A DNA stretch of 64,000 bases from Phoronis australis (Eukaryota; Animalia; Phoronida): assembly GCA_002633005.1 (NCBI GenBank), contig NMRA01000102.1, forward strand, positions 449,511 through 513,510, read 5' to 3'. The notes beneath the pieces were generated by a model. It was not told the origin of the DNA. It saw only the letters and a list, made by a program, of their open reading frames with translations, and did no database searches. The stretch's first letter is position 1, and each line of letters opens with the position of its first letter. Positions 13,001-24,712 of the stretch are shown here, piece by piece. A program made the translations under genes and the position numbers.

Positions 13001-16000
13001 TCAATTTCCTCTCCAAGAAAACACGGTGGGACAAATGTGAGGTAAGAAAAGTTACGATGCCATGCTCCTCCTTTTATTTTACTAGTTTTGCCATAATAAG
13101 TAATAATAAGTAATAACTGTTCTAGCACAAACTGTACAGGAGGAGGGAGAAGCCATTTTTCACCCGCCATCCACATGTTTTGTTATATTTTCATAACTCA
13201 TACTCATATTATTTCATCACAGTTCTGTGGGGTGAGGCTGTACATCAGTATAGAGTTGTGTGGGGTGAGGCTGTACATCAGTATAGAGTTGTGTGGGGTG
13301 AGGCTGTACATCAGTATAGAGTTGTGTGGGGTGACAATTTCCTCATGTTGATTAACTGGAGACGTGCACTTCTACAGATGGGACCTTTGTTTCACTAGCG
13401 CCATCTAATGAATTTGAGTTTCTCATTCCATCACAGCTTTGAGATACTTGATCCTATCAAAATTCCTGCAGTTTAATCTAAATTCTCTGGTACAAGTATG
13501 ATGAGAAACATAAGCTCACACTGTAAGACCTTACCAGTTCCTTCCTGTGCTTTTTGGCTTTCTCATTCCTCTCAGTATCGTACACAGAGATCTCAAGGTC
13601 TGACACAGCCTCTTCATTGGCTCTGTCTGTCAACATTTCACGCACCTAGTATAAAAAGGAAACAGCCACTGCCTTAAATTTACCAAGTTCTGTCGTCAAG
13701 GTAAAGAAAACATCTGAGCCACTTTCATAACTTATAACAAAAATGTGTTTGTGCCTCATGTTAACACCTCATTTGCATATACCTAACATTCAGTATTCGT
13801 TTTAGAAGAAAACCATTGAAACAGTTTACTGAGGTTTACATATTATCATTATTTGAAAATAAAAACATGCAAAGATGGATGTATATCAAAAGCAGGCCAG
13901 AGTTGCATGCAAGGCCAGCGTAGACCCACACTTTGTATGCAAGGCCAGTGTAGACCCACACTTTGTATGCAAGGCCAGCGTAGACCCACACTTCGTTTGC
14001 TACACATTACTAAGGGTGATCTTTAACACAATTTCAGTGCATGAACTATAGGTACTTTACCTCCTCCTCTGACTCACGGACTCGCTGTTTAGTTTGATCC
14101 TCAGCATTGATCAGCTCAATCAATATCTCATACAATTCTACATTCTTTTTCGAGGGTAAATTAGGGTCAATCTGTAAAGAAGAACAACAAACATCATGTT
14201 TAACTACATGTGTGACTTATGGATTCATGGCTGATGTGTGACTTATGTATTCATGGCTGATGTTATTAGCACAGATTGATGCACAGAGTAAGTATTTTCA
14301 GGAGGCCACATACTAAAGACTTATCCCACATTTCTTTGTCAACTCTATTTTATTTCCTATGCAATAACCATGTCATGTGACTGGGTTACTGTACAGACAT
14401 GTAATATGGTTATTGCAATACTGCATGGCAGCATCAAAACATATGTGGCATAACTAATTTTACATTAATGCCTGTGATCTATCATTAAACTAAACATCAT
14501 ATATACAATTTATTATCTGAAATTGTGATGGGCTATCTGTCCACACAATACCATTTATCATATGTGTCAATCAGACTAGGAAGATCCTGACTGCCAAACC
14601 TTAAAAAAATCATTACCTGTTTATTAATAAAATTTCTAGAACACACTTTAGCTGTTTTTACAATTATAATGGCAAGTTAGTGTTCCACATTTTGCATGAT
14701 TATTTTACACGAAGTTCACTAATTGCCTTAGTTTGCAGATAGAATAGATATTCAGTTTAGTTCATTCAAGTATATTATACTTAAGGCGAATGACCAACTA
14801 AATGCCACTCGCAGGTGAGGCAAATAATTATATGAATCTGAAAGAACAGCATGACCTATCTTATATTATTACATGACCACTGACACTTCTGCCCTCTCAC
14901 TGACTCAAACACAGTATAACTTCCATGATGAGGTGACGTTGACCGGTTAGCAGTAGAATATCATTTTTCATTCCTCCCGTACAAAGTCATATATTGCTCT
15001 TCATGATCTTACCAATTATGAGTTGTAGAAAACACAAACCCCTGTCCGCATAAACAAAACTACAACAGTATATCAAAGCAGGAAGAAACACATATTTCTT
15101 AAAAGAGATGAAGTATTCAGAGAAAAAAAGTATCAGTGGTCATATAACAAAACAAAATAATACAGATAGTTCAAGCACATCAAGTCACATGGACCTCGGC
15201 AGAGCAATGATGCTCTCCCTTGATAAAGATGGCCCGATATCACCCCTGGCATCAGTCCATATTTTTGTATGACGCCAACTCATACCTGGAATGTTGTGTG
15301 CATATCTGCCGTCATCTGCAGTACAGCCCCCTTCTCATCAGCGTTGTGTGGCTTGATATACTCTCGAGTAGATGCTGATATCCTGCTATCTTCCGTGTGA
15401 TACGTCAGAATGATCTTCTCATCAGAGATCCAGAAAATTCTCTCTGAAACGTCCTCATTGGCTAGTTTGTTCTTGTTGCGATGGAATCTTTCAGTTATTT
15501 TCTGAAGAAAATTTACACACTGATTTTTAGATCTAGAGCTTGAACGTCCATACAAAGGTACAACAATAACAATATTGTGTAGTCTACAGGACCTATAGTC
15601 AAATGTTCAAAGGTTATGTTGGACCTTATCAACTTGTTGATATATTTAGCCAAATATCTATAAAATTCTAGATTTTAACTGACAGTAAAAGCATATATTT
15701 TCTGAAAGTAAAAAGCAAACAGAATTTCATTTTTGACTTTATACCAATGTGATATTATATGGATCATGTGACCATGTCTTTTCAGTAAAATTTATCAAAA
15801 AGGGACGTCCTCAGCAAAATAACAGTATGAATAACATGAACAAATTTTGTTCCAAAGTTTGGCCATTTGTGTGTTATGATGTTCCAAAGTTTGGCTACTT
15901 AACGGTCGTAAATAACCTTAAAACAACTTCCAATTTTTCTGTAATGAATGGAAATACTTTTAAAGTTGTTTTTACCATAGGCTAATCAAATTATTGGACA

Positions 16001-19000
16001 ATTAAACCATAAGTAGTTCAAATAATAAAATTATTTGCCCTGCATTGTCCCAACATGTAGTTTGACATTCTGTGAGACTAAGAAGATTTAACAGACTATC
16101 TCATCTTTAAATCAAAAGATCTCTAAACTATTGAGGACACTTTCAGTTTTTGTAAGAGTTATTGAGAACTAATTAACTTTTGAAAATGAAGTACAAATTG
16201 CACACACCTAGTTTTTAAAGCACAAAATGCGCAAAACGTCTTAAACATGCTGAAACTAATTAAAGAGCTTTAAGGAGATTACAAAAAAACATACTAAAAT
16301 TGGTCGCTGAGAAGTTCCACCCTCAGCCGGACCAAAGCGCTTGGGCCTTTTGCCATAAATGACATTTCTGTAGTAGAGAAAGTCTTCTCTATTTTTGAAG
16401 TGTTCCGTCATCTCTACAGGTGTCTCTTCTCTCTTCACAAGACCATCAACTCGAGCCTCATCATAGAAAACCATTGTACGATCATTCTCAGGTCCAGGAG
16501 CACTTGCTCTGTACACATGTTCTACAAAGCCATTTTTGACATTAATGAGACACGTAGTTTTAAAATTCAAAGTTCTAGTAGCTACAATGCCTATTACTTG
16601 CTTACAAGACTTTAATTGAGCAATGCAGTACAAAGTGGAATGAACAAGAGCAACGTGGAGCATTGAAATGCATCCACAAATGCATCACAAATGGTATGCT
16701 TTTAGGTGTGCTTATTTGTATCATAAAAAATTGCCACTAGATGGTGCAGAACACATAACATCCATCTAAAATCGGGAACATGTCATCAATTTTTTTAATA
16801 CAAAGCTATTTAATAAATTTCATAAGTATCTGTCAAGGAACTTAAGAGAAACAAAGGAAAACGGAAAAAATGAAATTGCCAATAAGGGGCACAGCGTTTG
16901 TAGAATCCGTCTGAAAGTCGTAGTCATCTGTAAGTTGTTAACTTCATATAATGCTAAATATTCTGCAGTGGGTTTAAGATATACAGCTATGGGTGAAAAA
17001 CAAAACAAAACAAAACACAAAGTACCTCAAATCCATCCGAAAATGGAAGGATAGTGTCATCTCACCAATAGATACCTATAGTCCAAATTTTATGAAAATC
17101 TGTTGAGGTCCTTCAAGATACAGAATAAATGTAAAAAACTAAAATTGCCACTAGGGGGCATACTGGTTGTCAGATCTGTCCGAAAGTCATCATCGTTTGT
17201 TGTCAACCTGATATAAAAACATTTGCTAAATTTAGTAAAGATCCTGCAGGGGGTTTAGGAGATACAGCCATGGGCGCAAAAGAAAACAAAACTGCTACTA
17301 CAAGGTGCCACAGTAGTCAAAGTCATTAGAAAATCCTCGTCAATTGTCTTCTTCAAAGTAAAACATGCATGCAAATTTTCACAATCATCCTTAGAGCAGT
17401 TTGGTTGAGAGGGGACAGTAAAAACTGGCCACTAGGTGATGCAAAATACCTCGAACCCATCCAAAAACGGCAGGATAGCATCATCTCCCTAGTAGATGCC
17501 TGTATGCCAAATTTATGAAAATTTGTTGAGGTAAAAAACACACCACCAGTCGGATCTGTCCAAAAGTTCGCACATGCCGTCCTGTCCACAAAAGGAACAC
17601 AAAGTCATGTGCAAAATTTCATGAACAAATGTGAGGGGTTCTGGAGATAGAGCAGCAGACGCCGCACACCATACGGACGGACGGACGGACATGGATGACG
17701 GCATAATGCGTGCACATATAAATATGCAGGTGCATAAAAATGAAAAAAGAAAATTTGACAAATAATAATAAATGCAACTAAAAAAGACAAATTCACAAAT
17801 AACTAACAACAAGTTGTAACGAAGTGAAATAAACTTTTCATAAAAATTACTTTTTAAGCACAGAATTAATTTTAACATTTAAATGAATCCAAGGCAATAG
17901 GGAATCTGAACATGAAAAAAGTCAGGTGAAGCTGTTTGAAATCACATTACTTTTTTAGAATAGATTGTTTTTTTCTTGTTCTGTTGTTTTTAGGTGGTCA
18001 ACTTGTAGCAGCACCGGTGTTTGTTTAACCACCTCATATCTGCATAATTTATATCGTTCGCATAATATCTTTGATTCTTCTTCTTCATTCCTACCTTTGA
18101 GACATCTGTAGCGTCCTGGGTGGAACAACTCTGACTTCCAGCCTGTTTGATGATTATGTACTCTGGTGTGTAACTTGTCAACTCTATGTCGGAAGTACTC
18201 CTTCACCATAACCAAGTCATACACTATAAAAGAAGAAAATGAATTGGCACTTTTTTTATTTAGCGATCTATCTACAAATTCCTGCAAATTATCTAGCCAG
18301 TGGCACAGTGAGAATGTAGTATTTTTTCAAAGCCTGGAATGATTTATGGGTGCAGTCATTATCATTCAATATTGTTTAATATTAGATAACATAATTTACT
18401 GAATACCACACACCAAGTTGAGAGGCATGTACTTGTAATGAGATGCATGACTTTATGGCATTTCAACTGTAAATCACACTAAAAAGAAAGCACCTTCCAA
18501 ATTCAAAACTTTGGTGAACACATATATCCAATGCACAATAGTTGTAAACTGAATAAAGGTAACAGCTGATTAGAGTCTGAGTTTTGCATGAAACAGGCAA
18601 TGATAACTTACATTCATAGTCATTGAACTGGGACAGTCGTGACACGAGGCCATCCTGAGTCAAGTAGTGGGCAAACTTCTCAAGTTTGGCTTTCTTGTAA
18701 TACATGGTCTTCTTGCCAAGAGGACATCTCAATTCATATTCTAAAATAAAAATATACAGTTTGTAGTACGACACATCACACAGAGGCAGATTCATGTGTT
18801 AACACAACACTGACAGACTCCTGTGTTAACACAATACTGACAGACTCCTGTGTTAAATACAATACTGAGAGACTCCTGTGTTAAATATAATACTGACAGA
18901 CTCCTGTGTTAAATACAATACTGACAGACTCCTGTGTTAAATACAATACTGAGAGACTCCTGTGTTAACACAATACTGACAGACTCATGTGTTAATACAA

Positions 19001-22000
19001 TACTGACAGACTCCTGTGTTAATACAATACTGACAGACTCCTGTGTTAAATACAATACTGACAGACTCCTGTGTTAAATACAATACTGACAGACTCCTGT
19101 GTTAAATACAATACTGAGAGACTCCTGTGTTAACACAATACTGACAGACTCGTCAACACTGACAGAAAAATGTGTTAAAACACTACAATGTTCACTCTAC
19201 ACTTCCAAATGTTGGGGTCACAGGACTATATAACATTCCAAAATTTTTGGGTTCTATTTCAGAATCAGATACTTAGGGTCTGTTACAACTTATCAAACCT
19301 GTGTGCAAAGAAAGGCACTCATAAACTTAATACGTGTCTTTTTACAAGTCAAATGACATAACAATGAGGCAGCCTGAGGCAAATACAGCAACAACAGTAA
19401 CTACATTCATCCTCACACACATTGCACTTTAAAGGGGAATTACTGGAGAACATACGCGTGTCTTAGCAGTAATTGTCATTTGTAATACGCTTCAGAGATT
19501 TAATGATGAGGCACCTCTGTTATTCTAATAACAGGGAGTACCTTTAGGTGAAACTCGGATGTGGTCAATCCATGGTGGGGGCATATCCAGGTGCCTCTCT
19601 ACTTCCTCTTGCTCCTAAAAAATAAGGTCATTTTGTTTAATCGCACTCAGCAAAAAAATCTCACTGTTAAGTCTCCATATTCAACACGAGGCAAGTTTTT
19701 GCAATAAGATGATTTATAAAAGATAACACTAACATCATCTGGTCTTCATCTCATACATTAACTTATCCATTAAGCTTTCCAATCAAGATTTGATTTTTTA
19801 CTGACAAGTAAGTTGCAATTAGAGTAGCTCAACCTTGTTGAGGCACAATGAGCACAATGAATAGAAAGTGTCTTACTTCCTCATCCAGGTCATCAAGGTC
19901 GTCCTCAATATCAGGCATCTGAAGAAGAGGCTTGTCATTGCTAGGAAACATAAACTCCCACTGACCACAGTCACCCAAGTCATATTTCAGTAACTGAAAA
20001 TATAACATAACATAATTGTGAAATTATTATTCATTTATACATATTCAGAGATCATTTTAGGAAATGTTGGTATAAGTGAATTGACACACACCACCTCACG
20101 TTTATGGGCCATGTTTTTTGTCCTTTTTTGCTTCCCCTTTAAATGAGTCTGTTGGCTGTAGTGTGCCAATGAATTTACTTTTGTGCCTAATAAAGCCACA
20201 GGACGCGCTCTTAAAATTATTCCTGATATTACTTTAACATTTTCTCAAATATCATGTAAGATTATCAACATCTAATCATGATTATAATTGATGACTATAA
20301 AACGTGCATCATAAACTTTAAAGTTCCTGGACTGGAAATAGGTGAAAAAGATGGCAAAATTCAGATTAAACCAAAGGTTTCATATTTCATACATAAAACG
20401 AATAACAAACTTTGATTTATGATTTGGACCCACAAATAGGAATAGAAATACACAGTCACAACACATTGTCAAAAATTTCTTGAGTATAAGATATTTTTAC
20501 TATTCAAGAAACCCCGGGGGCATTTTATTTCTTAAAACTTTTACAAAAGTATGTGTTGGGATTAATGGGTGTGCGCCAACAACGGTTGTACCCAATGTAT
20601 GCTCCTCAGGAGTACATAAGGATTAAGATTAACCAGGTCCACAACACAAAGAGCTTACAGCAATTTGATGTGTTTTGAAAAATCTGAAGTAACTATTATC
20701 ATTTTTAAATTTGAGATTTTAATCTGATTTTGCCGGATCCAAAACGTAAAAATGACATTATACAAATCAAGCAGATATGCTTTACCTTAACTCCCTTAGA
20801 GCAATCCTGCATATTAACCCAGTAATTCTGATGATTCCAAAGAGACTCAATACCCAAGTAGTTGTCACTGTGACAGGAGTGTGACAGGCCAGTGAAGGGC
20901 TCGATGAAAAACGTGTCTGGCACTTCTCTCTTCCCGGCCAGGACCATGACCCAGGCATGAATACGCAGCCCAAAGAGGGGGTCGGTTGGTGGCTTCTCCA
21001 TCTCCTGCAACCGTAAAATGTCGTTATTATAGACCCAGTGCATTCTAGGTACTAGTTCATGTAGGTAAGACACATTCTGTTACAATCTACAAAACTTCAT
21101 CCACACCAACATCACTATCATCACTACCACTACATTCCCTCCCGTTTTGGCCTCGTGTAGCTCCAACACGCACACATCCTTTCCTACTTCTTTTATTAAA
21201 ATCAACATTTTTTATAGCTGCTTTTGGCCTCGTGTTAAATTTTATCATTTCCCCTTACAATCAAATGGTCACCACCATCGCCATCATTATCCATACTATT
21301 ATCATTATATTTATGACAATAACAATTAGCATTATCACTATTACCACTATTGTCACTATACTCACCGCTATCTTAGCCTCATGTTCCAACCTCTGTTTCT
21401 CATCCTCAGCAGCTTCAGCAGCAGCTTTTCTTCGCTCCATTTTAAGAATGAATTTACTGCGCAGATCCTTGGGAGGCTTCACTGTGTATTTCTTGATTTC
21501 CCTCTTCTGGGCCTCCTGGCGAGTAACTTCTTTCTTCCTCAGCAGAGGGCAGACCTCACGTGTTTCATCCATTAGGCACGTCTCCTTGGTTGCGTAGCCG
21601 CTGACGACATATGCGTCATAGCCAGCGCCAATTAGCAGTGAGCACAATAAGGTGCTATACTCGAAGCAGTTGCCCTTCTGTTGCTTCAAAACTGTGGGGC
21701 TAGATAGCATTGCTTTAGGCTGTAAATGTGAGAATAAGCCTCAAAATGAAAATGTCGATGCAAGCACAAATAGAATTAGTTTTAAGGCTCAAAGCGAGAT
21801 CAGACAGTATGAAAAGGAAGTGATTGAAATCAAATGAATCTTGCTCTTAAACGCCCTGCTAATTAACAATGTTTGAACAAAAAACGGTGGTGAAATCCAA
21901 AGCTTTATTGGTATTTTCAAAAAACACATTCATTTAAGCCAATTACATGCGTGTTACTGTTCTGTTTGATCATAGTCAAGTACACGGTAACCACACCATT

Positions 22001-24185
22001 GCAAGATGATCATAATCAAGTACACGGTAACCACACCATTGCAAGATGATCATAATCAAGTACACGGTAACCACACCATTGCAAGACCATCATAATCAAG
22101 TACACGGTAACCACACCATTGCAAGACGATCATAATCATTACCAAATCACAGGGTGGATCAAGTGGCTGAAAGTTGAGATAATCAGCCACAAACTCTGCA
22201 GCGCCGTCCCAATCATAGAGTCCAATGAACGGTAGCTCAGTTGGTCGGATGGAGGTGCACACAAATTTCTGTAAAGAAAGGTTTTTAAATTCAGATATCA
22301 AGCAGGTCTATTGTTAAAATTTCTGTTTAACTGTGACAAAAATGAAAATTGAAATAGGCTTTTTACTCTTACAAAATTTACCTCATAATATTCCAAACAA
22401 TGATAACATTCTATTTCCCAACAAAAGCATCAGAATCATCAGTGAGTCAAGAAAAAATTTTCAGAGTTTTCTGGGGTTCGCCAACCTGAAAATGGCACAT
22501 GTAAGCATTACCTGCTAATTGGGTTTAAATTTACAGAAAGTTTTTAACTTGCTAACTTGTAAAATTAAAAGAAAGTGATAATCTGCTCTATTACACAAAG
22601 AAGATGTCTCCTTATGCAATAGAAAAAGACAAATAATCCATAACAGTATCTTACATCAACACCAAATTCATTGAGTGGATTCAAGAATAATGGCTTCCTG
22701 TCTCTATACAGATGGACGTACTGACGACGAAAGTTTTCAGCATACTGTAGCACTAATTTCTCTTTCGCTGAATTTTCCTGGTATGTTTCAGGATAGTCAT
22801 CTGGGTTGAACTTTGGAACAGGCATCCTGAAAACAACATTAAAAGTTTCACAACAAAAGGAACTTTAGATTATCTATTTATGATCACACACTGGCAATGT
22901 TTCAAGCCAAAATAGTATTTTCTCAATTTTGAAGACTGGAATATTTTGTCATTCGTCATATGGTTATGTTTACAATCCGACTCCATTAACTTACATACTT
23001 GATATTAATATTTTCTGAATCCTGATGATCATAGTGATTCCAAAAATGTATTACTCGTGCCGATTATGCTCTTCTTATTCATGCATTCACTGTTTTTATG
23101 AGGTGTTCATTTGCAGCAGCCGATCTCGAGTGACAGCCATTATAAAACTGCAACATCTCTCGGCAGGAATGATAACTACAATGATCACGCATGTGACAGA
23201 AAACCCCAAAATTGGCTACTATATTGAAGATACCCCATGGTACATTAGGGAAACTCTGAGTAAAAAACAGTAATAATCATTCATAAAGGATTGGTAAGCT
23301 TCTTCAGAAAAAACACGAGAGTGCGTGTTCTCACAGACAAATGTCGTCCTCGAAAACATTTGACATCTCGTGGACATGATTTCGGTTCGTCTTATGGCGA
23401 AAGTGTGTTGTCTCAGAGACAAAAACTGTTTCAAAGAAGTGTAATTAGGTAATAAGATAACCAATATCATTGGCAGGCTAAAATACGCGAACTCAGAAAC
23501 ACATTCTGCATCGAACCAACTTCACTCTAACCGTTAGTTATCAATCCTGCCGAAAGGTGTCACATTTTTGAAAATGGCTGCCTCAATAAATCCGCGTTAC
23601 AAATGAACGCCTTGGAAAAACTCGGAAATTGTGAATATAAGAAGCGACCAATCAGTACAAGTAATATATTTTTGGAATCACCGTGACTAGAGGATTCAGA
23701 AAATAGTAGTATGAAGTACATATGTTAATAGAGACGGATTGTAAACAATAACCCATAACATTTCTCAAATATCAGACATAGTGTTTCGTATCAACGTTGT
23801 CTGAATTTAAGACTTGGCAGTTCAAGAAGTCGTTGAGGTGAATGATCACCTGTGGCGTGGGGCATCATCCTACATAAAACTTGGCACAAGCTACCATCTT
23901 GGTCAAAATAATTAATTTTCAATGTAACACTACGTCACTTGTAATACATGACATCAGAGATTCTTGCATCTATGGAATGCACGCCTGGTATATAACAACG
24001 TACTCGGCTGTTGTGGGAGCGGACACAGTTATTTTTGCCAATTCTTTAGCAAGATCCTCGGCCTCATCGGTCAGCTTTTCTGGTTCTCCTTCCTCAGCAA
24101 GTGTCTGTATTGTGCCATCTTCTCCTATATCTGTTTCAGAAAGTTCCGTTGGAATGTTAGCAGGAGGATCCTCATCGTCAGCCAT
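10044..24185 (-). CDS. DRC7: Dynein regulatory complex subunit 7 (CCDC135/lost boys), complete, 16 coding exons, about 861 aa
   Basis: Exons in transcript order: 24004-24185, 22655-22826, 22143-22268, 21366-21719, 20786-21004, 19877-19993, 19542-19614, 18612-18740, 18095-18223, 16295-16521, 15286-15501, 14061-14171, 13535-13645, 12657-12851, 10696-10835, 10044-10128. All junctions are GT-AG and phase-consistent (2586 nt). Diagnostic DRC7 peptides include KFVCTSIRPTELP, GNCFEYSTLLCSLLIGAGYDAYVVSGYA, RIHAWVMVLAGKREV, LDYLAPFL, LIDKANLIQARFEKE and HKEMAPHKY. Confidence 0.95.
11190..11583 (+). mobile_element. 5'-truncated L2/CR1-type LINE 3' end
   Basis: Frameshifted ORF2 C-terminus LVPDKPKNNCGKRT..YRGAVAYNGL..NIHVFKQK, followed by a 3' stem-loop-like segment and a (TAAA)n tail at 11566-11583. 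Confidence 0.65.
12315..12450. repeat. ~45-bp degenerate tandem repeat x3
   Basis: cataatg..caatatca.tggaatatgacca.ctatttctgagat recurs three times. Confidence 0.75.
13222..13334. repeat. 33-bp tandem repeat, about 3.3 copies
   Basis: Unit gttgtgtggggtgaggctgtacatcagtataga. Confidence 0.9.
13905..13994. repeat. 30-bp tandem repeat x3
   Basis: Unit atgcaaggccagcgtagacccacactttgt. Confidence 0.9.
16643..17738 (-). mobile_element. HINE/DINE-like element, copy 3 (reverse orientation)
   Basis: Reverse-complemented 3' end aacaagagcaacgtggagcattgaaatgcatccac, monomers with ccactag(a/g)(t/g)gg(c/t)(g/a), (ggac)n microsatellite and 5' palindrome gcacatataaatatgc. Confidence 0.8.
18795..19165. repeat. 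25/26-bp minisatellite, about 14 copies
   Basis: Unit actgacagactcctgtgttaa(a)tacaat. Confidence 0.95.
21965..22138. repeat. 39-bp tandem repeat, about 4.5 copies, abutting the DRC7 exon 3 donor
   Basis: Unit gatcataatcaagtacacggtaaccacaccattgcaagat. Confidence 0.92.
22961..23754. mobile_element. MITE with ~35-bp imperfect TIRs (PIF/Harbinger/ISL2EU-like)
   Basis: Left end tggttatgtttacaatccgactccattaac; right end gttaatagagacggattgtaaacaataaccc. Flanked by ata on both sides. Confidence 0.7.
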
Positions 24186-24712
24186 GACTAAAAGCGAGAG
24201 TTCAGAATATAAATTACGCTGCAGTGTGATTGAAACCGAAATGTTTTCAATGGAAACCTGTCGTGACTTAGGACTTCTTTTTTAAACTGTTGTTCATGCG
24301 CATACTTGACTACGATAAGAAATAGTTTCTAACAAAACAACTATAATTAAAAAACTTTTGCAAAGTTCTTAGCAAAAAATAACTTTAAGTCTCCGAACAC
24401 GGTGTATTATTGCTCTCACCACACTGAATTTAATGAGAAGTTTGAGTATTGCGGTTTTGTGAACGAATACCGTAAAATGTAAATCGGTCTTAGTAGCGGA
24501 ACTGACTCTGCACATGCTCTGATGATGTGCAAGTGAAGTTGAAATATTATAACATTGAAACATTTTCTTGTATTTGTGTTATATTCGTCCACATGCCATC
24601 TTTTATTGTCAACATAATTTACGACTGTATGAAAATTTAAGAGTTTGTGTGAATATTTTGTAAATATTTGTATTACTTTGGCACACAGAGTTTACACGTG
24701 AAATTGAACGAA
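24186..24712. promoter_or_regulatory. Bidirectional promoter and 5' UTR region between DRC7 and TTC27
   Basis: Divergent ATGs at 24185 (-) and 24713 (+) are 527 bp apart. An acceptor (ctcgcttttag) just upstream of the DRC7 ATG implies a non-coding first exon in this interval. Confidence 0.7.

Noticed and set aside
21232-21597. Hydrophobic, membrane-like plus-strand ORF and hydrophobic tail of ORF 21261-21710
   Set aside because: These are the antisense of DRC7 exon 4 and read-through into a low-complexity (ATC/ACT) intronic tract past the donor at 21365.
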